The translations under genes were made by a program, and so were the position numbers. From IMG/VR virus record IMGVR_UViG_3300024245_000004, positions 1 through 34,778 of that record: a stretch of DNA of 34,778 nucleotides. One strand, written 5' to 3'. The notes under the pieces are model-generated. The model saw only the letters and a program-made list of their open reading frames with translations. It was not told the DNA's origin and did not search any database. Origin of the DNA: a virus (Duplodnaviria > Caudoviricetes). Shown in pieces: positions 25,187-33,291 of the stretch (the first letter of the stretch is position 1; each line of letters begins with the position of its first letter).

Positions 25187-26422
25187 ATGAAGCGTCGCAA
25201 TATCGTTATGGTCGCGGGCGCGGCGCTTATCGCGTCGGTACTGGCCGCCGTTGGGGCAAACGTTCCGCTTTTGACGGGTCCGTGGGAGGCAAGCCAAGGG
25301 CAGGCCGTCATCAACGGCGTGATCAACCAGATCAATTCTGGCATCACCTACAGTTCGATGGGCAATTTCGGCACGCCGCGCAATTGGCTCGACAACGGCG
25401 CGCTCGAAATCACCCAGCGCGGCACGGGCGTCATCACCTGTGCGGCAAACGCGGGCATCACGTCGGCGGCTTACGGCGCTGATCGCTGGGGCTGTCAGGC
25501 GAACGTCGCAGTCGGCGCCGGTCGGCAGCAGGTGATCACGGCGACCCCAACCCCGCCGCAAGGCTTCACCAACGCACAGACGCTCTTCCGCACGTCGGGC
25601 GCGCTGACGCAGCCGATCTGCACCTGGCAGGAAATCCCGACTGTTGACGTCAAGAAGCTGCAAGGCCAGCAGGTGCTGCTCTCGGTCTACATGCAGGCCC
25701 TCGCCGGCATGCTCGCCGACAACGGCGCGATCGCTAACATGGTGATCATCACGGGAACGGGCAGCGACGAAGGCTTCGGCACGCCGACTGCATCGCCTGC
25801 GATCACGCCTGCGTGGACGGGCATCGCCACGCTGGTCAACACGGCAACTCCCGCGCTCTCTTCGTCTGCGTGGTCGCGTAACCAGACCACGGCACTCGTT
25901 GCGTCGACCGTCACGGAAATGGCGGTGGGCTTCTGCTTCACCCCGACCGCGACGGGCGCGGGTGCGACGGACGGCTTCGCGTGGACCGGCGCGCAGCTTG
26001 AAATCATTCCTTCTGGATCGGCCGCAACACCCTCGACTTTCGAGTTCCGCGACGACAAGTCAGAGCTTCTGAAGGCGCAGCGGTACTTCTACCGGATCAG
26101 CGAGACTGCGACCACGGTCGGTCGCGCCATGTGCATCGCGTCGACTACGTCGGCCCTGAAGTGCCAGATCAACACGCCGGTGATCATGTTCAAGGTCCCG
26201 ACGATGACCTACACCACGGGTTTCGCGGGGTGCACGACCACGGCTTGTACGGCGGTCACCGCCTGTACGTCGCTCGCTACCGACGCGACCTTCACCCCGG
26301 CCTCGACGCAGGGCGTGGCAGTCGTGTGCGGCTCGGCGGCGGGCTTCGCCGCGGCGGGTTCGGCGGCGATCCTGTCCGACAATTCGGGCGCTGGCGTGAT
26401 CAACTTCTCGGCGGACTTCTGA
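25187..26422 (+). CDS. Fibre/decoration-like protein with carbohydrate-binding-type domain and signal peptide
   Basis: MKRRNIVMVAGAALIASVLAAVGA|NV; RNWLDNGALEITQRGT...ADRW...QLE...FEFR...ELLKAQRYFY is a recognisable phage fibre domain. Confidence 0.82.
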   Translation: MKRRNIVMVAGAALIASVLAAVGANVPLLTGPWEASQGQAVINGVINQINSGITYSSMGNFGTPRNWLDNGALEITQRGTGVITCAANAGITSAAYGADRWGCQANVAVGAGRQQVITATPTPPQGFTNAQTLFRTSGALTQPICTWQEIPTVDVKKLQGQQVLLSVYMQALAGMLADNGAIANMVIITGTGSDEGFGTPTASPAITPAWTGIATLVNTATPALSSSAWSRNQTTALVASTVTEMAVGFCFTPTATGAGATDGFAWTGAQLEIIPSGSAATPSTFEFRDDKSELLKAQRYFYRISETATTVGRAMCIASTTSALKCQINTPVIMFKVPTMTYTTGFAGCTTTACTAVTACTSLATDATFTPASTQGVAVVCGSAAGFAAAGSAAILSDNSGAGVINFSADF

Positions 26423-26505
26423 CGGGGCAACGCTCGTGACCCTGTCTGGACCGCGGCGGCCCGGACTGCGGAGAAGAAATCCGGGCAACAATTCAGGAGG
26501 CCGGC

Positions 26506-26670
26506 ATGGCTGAAAAAGGCGGTGGAATGCTCAAGGGTCTGAAGAACATGAGTCCTTCGTGCGAGGACAAGTCGACGAAGATGCCTCCGGGGAAGAACGT
26601 CGATGCTGAAGCGACGCGCAGCGAGATCGCGCCGAACATCATCCCCGACCAGTCCGGCCGGGTTGCTTAA
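26506..26670 (+). CDS. 54-aa hypothetical protein (absent from the ORF track)
   Basis: MAEKGGGMLKGLKNMSPSCEDKSTKMPPGKNVDAEATRSEIAPNIIPDQSGRVA; RBS AGGAGG; its stop abuts the next start. Confidence 0.75.
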   Translation: MAEKGGGMLKGLKNMSPSCEDKSTKMPPGKNVDAEATRSEIAPNIIPDQSGRVA

Positions 26671-27696
26671 GTGGCCAGCTGGCTCGACAGCCTCATTCCT
26701 TCGGGTGGCGTTCAAGGCGGCGCCAACCCGTACACCTATGCGGGCTATGCCGGGTCGGACGCCTACAACTCGATCCAGGGGTTGAGCAAGTACAATCTCG
26801 GCGGACAGAACCTCGGGCAGTACGAGAACCTGACGCAGCAGGGCATTAACAACCCGTGGGCGCAGCAATACCAGCAGGGCGCGGGTGTTGCCGGGCAGAT
26901 GGGCCAACAGGCCGGAATGGGCACCTTCGGTCTCGGCGGGCAGGTGCAGGGTGCTGGTGCGGGCCTGCTGCCGGACGTGCAGTCCCTGATTGCCATGGGT
27001 TTCGACCCGCAGAACGCGCTCTATCACCGCACGCAGCAACAAGTGGCCGATCAGGCGAACGCGCAGGCCGCGGCGAGCGGCGTCGGCGGCACACCTTACG
27101 GGCAGGGGGTGGAGGGTCAGACCCTCTCTAATTTCAACATCGATTGGCAGAACCAGCAACTGCAGCGCGCCGCGATGGGTGCCGGCGCCGCGGGTAATCT
27201 GTATGGGCAGGCTGTGGGCGGCATCGGCGCGGGGACGAACCTGCAGAACGCTGGCATCGGCCAGTTCATGCAGGGGTCGGCGCAGCCATACCAGACTTTC
27301 GCCGGCATCAACCAGAACCAGCTCGGGTTGCTCAATCAGGCGAACCAGTACGGGCAGGGCGCGGCGGCGATCCCGCAGATGCAGGCCCAGGATTACATGA
27401 ACTATCTGCAGCAGGCCGGGCAGTTCCAGAACCAGCAGTACCAGCTGAACCTTAATAAGGCCGGTCAGGAGTTCAACCAAGCACAGGGGATCGGGCAGGA
27501 CCTTGGTCAAGCGTTCGGCGGTGGTATGGGCATGATGGGCGGCTTCGGCGGTGGGTTTGGCGGTGGGTTTGGCGGCAGTCCCTTCGGCGGCGGCTGGGGT
27601 GCGTTCAACGGTGGCGGTTTTGGGGGCTACGGCGGCAACTTCCCAGGCTATACGCCTTCGGCGATGTACAACCCGTATTATCAAGGGCAGCAGTAA
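26671..27696 (+). CDS. G/Q/N-rich internal virion (ejection) protein
   Basis: Low-complexity Q/G/A/N composition; FDPQNALYHRTQQQ; position after the tail genes. Confidence 0.72.
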   Translation: MASWLDSLIPSGGVQGGANPYTYAGYAGSDAYNSIQGLSKYNLGGQNLGQYENLTQQGINNPWAQQYQQGAGVAGQMGQQAGMGTFGLGGQVQGAGAGLLPDVQSLIAMGFDPQNALYHRTQQQVADQANAQAAASGVGGTPYGQGVEGQTLSNFNIDWQNQQLQRAAMGAGAAGNLYGQAVGGIGAGTNLQNAGIGQFMQGSAQPYQTFAGINQNQLGLLNQANQYGQGAAAIPQMQAQDYMNYLQQAGQFQNQQYQLNLNKAGQEFNQAQGIGQDLGQAFGGGMGMMGGFGGGFGGGFGGSPFGGGWGAFNGGGFGGYGGNFPGYTPSAMYNPYYQGQQ

Positions 27697-29694
27697 ATGT
27701 CGGGCCTTGGCGCCATGCTGGCGGCGCTTGGTGGGGCGGCCCCGGGCGCCTACCAGACGGCGCGCCGCAAGCAGCAAGAGATCACTGAGGCCGATACCGA
27801 TGCGCTGTCGCAGGCTGCGATGGGCAACGCGCTTAAGCTATTTGGGCAGGGTGGCGGCCCGCAGGGGCCGGGCGCGCAGGGCGGGATGCCCATGCCACCC
27901 CAAGGCCCCCCGCCACAGCCGCCTTCTCCCGGGCAGCCTCCCCCTCCGCCCGGTCCTCCGCAGGGACCGCCGCCGGGACCGGGAAACGGGCCGCCGGGAG
28001 GTTTCCCTCCGCCGGGCGGACCGCCGCAGGGTATCCCGCCTTGGGCTGCTGGCGGCCTCCCTGGCGCGCCTCCCGTGCCGCCTATGCGGCAGCAGCCGCA
28101 ACTCATGGGCGCCGGCCAGCCGCAGATGGGTGGCGGGCCGATGGCGCAACCCCCAGGCCCGCCGCGGCCACAACCACCGATGCCGCCCCAACCCCCCGGC
28201 ATGGGCGGCGGTGCGCCCCCCGGCGCAGGTTCTGGTCCTTCAGGCGCCGGGGGGATGCCGGTTCAACAGGTTCCCGGGGGGCCGCCCGGCGGGTTCGACT
28301 GGCGCCAGATGATCAAACAGGTGTTCGACGCCAATCCGGGGATCGACCCGAAGGTGGCGGCCGGCGCCGTGACCAAGATGCTGCCGTTCATGACCATGGC
28401 GTCGCGGCAAGAGTGGTTGATGGCGCACAACCAGTTATTGCAGCAGCAACTCGAAGCCAACACTTTTGCCAAATTGCGCGGGCAGGATATCGGCCTTGAG
28501 AAGACGCGCGAGGGGATCGAGAGCCGTGAAGGGATCGCGGGAGAGAACCGTGCGAGCCGCGAGCAGATGCAGACCGAACGGCTGCGCGGCGCGCTGCAGC
28601 GCACGCAGGTGTCGACAGACGGCAAGATGGCGATTGCGCAGTTCAACGCGCAGAACAAGGCGGAACTTGCCGATCTTATCGAGCAGAAAAAGGATATCCG
28701 CGCCAACGCGTCCAACGAGCTAAAACGCGAACTTGCCACCCTGAAGGGTCAAGACATTATGGCGCTTCAGAAGCTCAAGGGCGAGCAAGCAGAGCAGCGC
28801 CAGACGGAGCGGATTACGGCGCAGGGCGAGCGACAAGACAAAACGATTGCAGCCCAAGGTGAACGGCAGGATAAAGCCCTGAGCGCCGCGCAAACTCGCG
28901 TGGAAACACAGCAGGCAGGGGCCGATAGGCGCGCCGCACTGCGCAGAGCTGGAAATCCCTTTGCGCAACTCGGGCCGGACGGCAAATATGAGATGAAGCC
29001 GGAAGATATGGACAAGGCGATTGCCATTTCGCGCTACCAGGCCCGGCCGCTCAATTCGTCTGCTGACAATCGTAACCCACAGTCGCAGGCCATCATGGCG
29101 GCGGCTCGTAAGATCGCGCCTGACTTCAATGAAGGTGGTTATGGGCTAAGCAACACGACTGAAGCGCAGTTTGAGAAGGGTGCGCAGGGCAACACTATTC
29201 GATCGATCGGCGTCGCACAGCGCCATCTCGACACGCTGGTAGAGTTGACTGACGCTCTGGACAACAACAATCTTACTTTGGCGAACAGGGTGGCTAACGC
29301 TTGGGGCAAGGCGTTTGGCGCTACGATCCCCGCTGATCTAGAGGCAGCCAAGCAGGTGATCGCGGCGGAAGTGATTAAGGCTGTGTCGGCGTCGGGCGGC
29401 GGTGTCAAGGAACGCCTTGAAATGGCGCACACGCTTGATCCGCTTTCATTGACGGGGGAGCAGTCCCGAGAGGTCGCCAATACATTTCGTAACTTGCTCG
29501 ACGGACAGATCAAGGGCTTTAGGGCGCAGTGGAAGTCGACCCCGCGCAATCAGGGAAAGAGTGACGCTGACTTCGACAAGCAATTCGGGATTGAAAAGCG
29601 GGGCGACAGCGCTGACGGCGCAGGTGCTAAGGATACGGGCGGCTGGAAAATTGAGAAAATCAATCCGCAGCAGGCACCAAAACTAGGGGGCTGA
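27697..29694 (+). CDS. Internal virion (ejection) protein with P/G-rich N-terminal region
   Basis: About 140-aa P/G/Q/M tract, then charged helical region with an 11-aa repeat (ITAQGERQDKT / IAAQGERQDKA). Confidence 0.72.
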   Translation: MSGLGAMLAALGGAAPGAYQTARRKQQEITEADTDALSQAAMGNALKLFGQGGGPQGPGAQGGMPMPPQGPPPQPPSPGQPPPPPGPPQGPPPGPGNGPPGGFPPPGGPPQGIPPWAAGGLPGAPPVPPMRQQPQLMGAGQPQMGGGPMAQPPGPPRPQPPMPPQPPGMGGGAPPGAGSGPSGAGGMPVQQVPGGPPGGFDWRQMIKQVFDANPGIDPKVAAGAVTKMLPFMTMASRQEWLMAHNQLLQQQLEANTFAKLRGQDIGLEKTREGIESREGIAGENRASREQMQTERLRGALQRTQVSTDGKMAIAQFNAQNKAELADLIEQKKDIRANASNELKRELATLKGQDIMALQKLKGEQAEQRQTERITAQGERQDKTIAAQGERQDKALSAAQTRVETQQAGADRRAALRRAGNPFAQLGPDGKYEMKPEDMDKAIAISRYQARPLNSSADNRNPQSQAIMAAARKIAPDFNEGGYGLSNTTEAQFEKGAQGNTIRSIGVAQRHLDTLVELTDALDNNNLTLANRVANAWGKAFGATIPADLEAAKQVIAAEVIKAVSASGGGVKERLEMAHTLDPLSLTGEQSREVANTFRNLLDGQIKGFRAQWKSTPRNQGKSDADFDKQFGIEKRGDSADGAGAKDTGGWKIEKINPQQAPKLGG

Positions 29695-29695
29695 T

Positions 29696-31474
29696 ATGCC
29701 CGAATTTATGGTGACATCGCCCAAAGGCGAGCGGTTTAAGATCACCGCCCCCGAAGGCACGACAGAAGATCAGGCCCTTGCGCATTTCCGTGAACAGATG
29801 CAGGGTGACGGGCCGAAAGCGACCACTGCGCGCGGCGTGAAAAAGCCGGTTAATACTGGTTCGTTGAATAGCGCCGCTGACTTCTTCAAGTCCATCCCTC
29901 AAGGTGTCGTTCGCGGCGCCACGTCGGCCGCCTCTGCGCTAGGTCAAGCGGAGGAAGGGCTTGCCACCGGTGGCGCCAAGCAGACAGTCCCGGGCGCCGA
30001 AGAGAGCGCCAAGTTGGCCGGCGTCGACAGACTTCCACAACCCCAAGGCATGGCTGGCCGCTTCGGCGGAGCGCTAGGGGAGGCGATCGGCAACCCAACG
30101 AGCTACCTAGGCCCTCCGGGTGGTCGCGCTCTCGCCATGCTTGGCGCCGCTCTAGGCGGACAGGCCGGTGCGGAGACGGGCATCCCGGGCGCGTCGTTTG
30201 TCGGTGGCATGGCAGGCGGCGCGGCCGCAGCCAAGGCACCCACACTCGCGCGCACCGCCGGTCGCGGCATGTTCCCCATGGGCGAGCAGAACGCTGTCCG
30301 CGACGCCGCGGCCAAGACGCTGGAAAGTCTGGGGGTAAAGCCTACGGCTGGCGACATTACCGGCAGTCCAGCGCTGCGCGAGGCGGAGCGGATGGGCGCG
30401 CAGCCGGCCAAGATGCTTGCCGAAAAGCAGTTGACCGAGAAGGCGGCGGACTTCATGGGCGAACGGGCTGATCGCATCGGGCCGGAAGTCATGAACCGCG
30501 CCCGGGACCGGATCAAGGCTGATTTTGAGCGGTCGACCAAGGCGCTAACGATACGGGAAAACCCGGAGCTATTCCAGAAGGCTACGGAGCTGCGCAATCA
30601 GGCAGCCAACATCTTGGGCGAAGAGAACTACAAGAAGGTCGCCAAGCTGATCGACGACATTATGCCCCAGGAGCGCGGCGAGCGCTGGTTCATCAACAAA
30701 GCAACTGGCCAGCTTGAGATGAAGGGCGAGAGTTACGCCGAGTTGACCAAGTACAAATCAGAGCTTGGGCGTGCCATGCGTGACGCTAACCCGGACGTGG
30801 CACACTACGCGAAGCAGGTGCGGCAGCTGATCGATAAAGCCCTTGAGAAAAGCGTACGGTCGCCGGGAGAGCAACAGGCATTTGCCGCCCTCAAGAAAGC
30901 CCGCTCGCAATACCGTGCGCGCCTGATCCTGCAAGACAGCCTCGCGGACCCTAAAGAGGCCGCACGTCTTGGCCGGGTAGACCCCGCCAAGTTCTACGCG
31001 GCTGTCGAGAAGCACGGCGGCGACCCCATGGCGAGCGGCAACGACATGGACAAGCTGGCTTACGCCGCGCGCAGCATCATGTCACCGATGAAAGAGGCCA
31101 GCGCGTTCTCCGGGGCGCACGAGGCAGGCAGCGCGCGAGGCATGGCGAGGCACGCGGGCGCTGCTGCAGGCGCGACTATGGTGGGCGGTGCGGCAGGGTT
31201 CGCGCTAGGCGGCGGTCCCGTTGGGGGCGCGATCGGCAGCGCTGCCGGCCTCGCGGCGGGTATCGCTGCGCCGCGAGCCGTGGGCGCCGTGGTCAACCAC
31301 CCGCGTGTTCAGTCCTATCTCAAGAACCGCGATCGCATCGATGCCGCCCGCGAGGCCAAGGCGGCGCGTGCTTCTGCAGGGGAACGACTTGCTCGCGCGA
31401 CACAACGCGGTATGGTTGGGAAGAGTGCTGCACAGGAGAAGCGCAAGCGTGGCGCCATCTATCAGGGGGAGTAA
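29696..31474 (+). CDS. Internal virion (ejection) protein
   Basis: Helical protein with two G/A-rich hydrophobic segments; N-terminal EFMVTSPKGERFKITAPEG. Confidence 0.72.
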   Translation: MPEFMVTSPKGERFKITAPEGTTEDQALAHFREQMQGDGPKATTARGVKKPVNTGSLNSAADFFKSIPQGVVRGATSAASALGQAEEGLATGGAKQTVPGAEESAKLAGVDRLPQPQGMAGRFGGALGEAIGNPTSYLGPPGGRALAMLGAALGGQAGAETGIPGASFVGGMAGGAAAAKAPTLARTAGRGMFPMGEQNAVRDAAAKTLESLGVKPTAGDITGSPALREAERMGAQPAKMLAEKQLTEKAADFMGERADRIGPEVMNRARDRIKADFERSTKALTIRENPELFQKATELRNQAANILGEENYKKVAKLIDDIMPQERGERWFINKATGQLEMKGESYAELTKYKSELGRAMRDANPDVAHYAKQVRQLIDKALEKSVRSPGEQQAFAALKKARSQYRARLILQDSLADPKEAARLGRVDPAKFYAAVEKHGGDPMASGNDMDKLAYAARSIMSPMKEASAFSGAHEAGSARGMARHAGAAAGATMVGGAAGFALGGGPVGGAIGSAAGLAAGIAAPRAVGAVVNHPRVQSYLKNRDRIDAAREAKAARASAGERLARATQRGMVGKSAAQEKRKRGAIYQGE

Positions 31475-31480
31475 GGACCA

Positions 31481-31690
31481 ATGGACTTCAAGATCGAGTT
31501 GAGCACCATCTGGTTTTTTAACGAGAAAGATAAAATAGTGTTTGGCATGAAGTGGTATGGCGACGATCGCTGGGGCGTGCAGGGCACTCCGCAGGAGAAC
31601 ACCCCGGAAGGCCGCGCCAAGAGCATGTCAGACGCTTTCGCCGAGATGCAGAAGAGACTGCTGGATGTCGACAAACGCCCCAAAGGATGA
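31481..31690 (+). CDS. Hypothetical protein
   Basis: TAAGGA RBS; 69 aa. Confidence 0.7.
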   Translation: MDFKIELSTIWFFNEKDKIVFGMKWYGDDRWGVQGTPQENTPEGRAKSMSDAFAEMQKRLLDVDKRPKG

Positions 31691-31693
31691 CCT

Positions 31694-33025
31694 GTGCGCC
31701 TGCTTATCGTCGATCCTCAAGGGAACGGTCTCGACTTTGCGCTTCGAGCTGCGCGCGCTGGTCATGACGTCCGTCTCGCCATCCGACAGACCGAGAAAAC
31801 GCGGTTCATTGGGCGTGGTCTGGTGCAGATCGTCGAGTACGAGAAGTGGGTCCGGTGGGCCGATCTCGTCTTCTGCACCGACAACACCAAGTACACCTTC
31901 GACTTGGACCAGCGATGGCGCCCTCAAGGTGTCAAGATCGTGGGGGCAGGCATCGAGACGGCTAAGTGGGAAATAGACCGTGTCGTTGGAATGCAGAAAT
32001 TCAAGAAGGCCGGCGTTGCGGTCCCGCCTTATCGGGAATTCACGGATTACGACAAGGCAATCTCTTACGTCAAGAAAGAGGATCGCCGCTTTGTGTCAAA
32101 GCCTTGTGGCGAGGTCGAGGACAAAGCGCTCAGCTACTGCGCCAAGACACCGGCTGACATGGTTTACATGCTTCAGCGATGGAAGAAGCTCGGGAAGCAC
32201 AAAGCCGCGTTCATCCTGCAGGAGTTTATACCTGGGACTGAGATGGCGGTCGGGGGATGGTTTGGTCCACACGGGTTTAATGCGGGCTGGTGTGAGAACT
32301 TCGAGTTTAAAAAGCTTATGGCAGATGACATGGGACCGGCGACAGGGGAGCAGGGCACTGTTCTTCGCTATGTCGCAGCATCTAAGCTGGCCCAGCGGGT
32401 TCTTGCCCCCCTTTCTGCCCAACTGGCGCAATCCCGATACGTAGGCTATGTTGACGTTAACTGCATCATTGACGACGACGGCAACCCGTGGCCGCTCGAA
32501 TTCACGATGCGTCCGGGCTGGCCGACGTTCAACATTCAGCAGCCCCTGCACGAAGGCGACCCTGTCGAATGGCTGATGGACTTGCACCAAGGGAAGGATG
32601 CCAAGACGTTCACGATGGACACCGTGGCGGCTGGCGTGGTGCTCTCAATTCCCGATTATCCGTACAGTCATTTGACACGGAAGGAAGTGGTGGGCATCCC
32701 GATCTATACGGAGAGCTGGGACAACTTGCACCCGTGCGAGTGCATGATGGGGCAGGGTCCCGACATGGTCAACGGGACGATCGTGGACAGGCCGATGATG
32801 GTCACGGCGGGGGACTACGTGCTGGTGGCGACGGCGACGGGGGAGGACGTGCTGTCGACCACGAAGTCCGTCTACCGGACCTTGAAGGACTTAAGTCTGC
32901 CAAACTCCCCGATGTACCGCACGGATATTGGGAAACGGCTTCGCAAACAATTGCCGCAACTGCAGACGAACGGGTTCGCGAAGTCGTTGGCGTACTCGAC
33001 GGCTCAACAGCCCTCGAAAGGCTGA
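31694..33025 (+). CDS. PurD/GARS-like ATP-grasp ligase, divergent
   Basis: FVSKP, FILQEFIPGTE, FKKLMADDMGPATGEQG (cf. HKR...GPNTGGMG) and PLEFTMRPGWP (cf. EFNxRFGDPE). Confidence 0.85.
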   Translation: MRLLIVDPQGNGLDFALRAARAGHDVRLAIRQTEKTRFIGRGLVQIVEYEKWVRWADLVFCTDNTKYTFDLDQRWRPQGVKIVGAGIETAKWEIDRVVGMQKFKKAGVAVPPYREFTDYDKAISYVKKEDRRFVSKPCGEVEDKALSYCAKTPADMVYMLQRWKKLGKHKAAFILQEFIPGTEMAVGGWFGPHGFNAGWCENFEFKKLMADDMGPATGEQGTVLRYVAASKLAQRVLAPLSAQLAQSRYVGYVDVNCIIDDDGNPWPLEFTMRPGWPTFNIQQPLHEGDPVEWLMDLHQGKDAKTFTMDTVAAGVVLSIPDYPYSHLTRKEVVGIPIYTESWDNLHPCECMMGQGPDMVNGTIVDRPMMVTAGDYVLVATATGEDVLSTTKSVYRTLKDLSLPNSPMYRTDIGKRLRKQLPQLQTNGFAKSLAYSTAQQPSKG

Positions 33026-33291
33026 CGAACCGGGCGATCGACGAAGCGCAGGTCATCCTCGATCTCGACAACGACACGGACCCCGACACGATCAACGGCA
33101 CGGTTCTGCGCGCCAAGACGGCGATCGTGGCGAATGCACTGAGCACTCAAGCAAAAGTAGATGAGGCGAGGCTTAGAAGGGCTGCTGTGGATCGGCTTCC
33201 GGAAATTCTGAAAATCGTCAGCGAGGTTCAAAAGAAGCTGCCGCCACCGGGGGTTATCGATCTTGAGGCTGTCGAGATTGGTCTTGAGTGA
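32740..33291 (+). CDS. Helical protein, possibly terminase small subunit-like; start unresolved
   Basis: Protein-like reading from about 32950 (LERLTNRAIDEAQVILDL...VIDLEAVEIGLE) fills the gap 33026-33253. The nearest upstream canonical start is the GTG at 32740, inside the PurD-like gene. Confidence 0.5.
   Translation: MHDGAGSRHGQRDDRGQADDGHGGGLRAGGDGDGGGRAVDHEVRLPDLEGLKSAKLPDVPHGYWETASQTIAATADERVREVVGVLDGSTALERLTNRAIDEAQVILDLDNDTDPDTINGTVLRAKTAIVANALSTQAKVDEARLRRAAVDRLPEILKIVSEVQKKLPPPGVIDLEAVEIGLE

Noticed and set aside
26459-26486. Terminator after the 25187 gene
   Set aside because: 7-bp stem GCCCGGA/TCCGGGC with a large loop and no U tract.
26209-27777. 522-aa minus-strand ORF (likewise 24281-25663, 14483-15571 and 8616-9704)
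   Set aside because: Antisense shadows of GC-biased genes, with R/A/L/V-rich composition and no motifs.
32930-32936. GGGAAAC as a -1 frameshift site joining the PurD-like gene to the downstream ORF
   Set aside because: It is read GGG AAA C in the PurD frame, not the required G GGA AAC phase.
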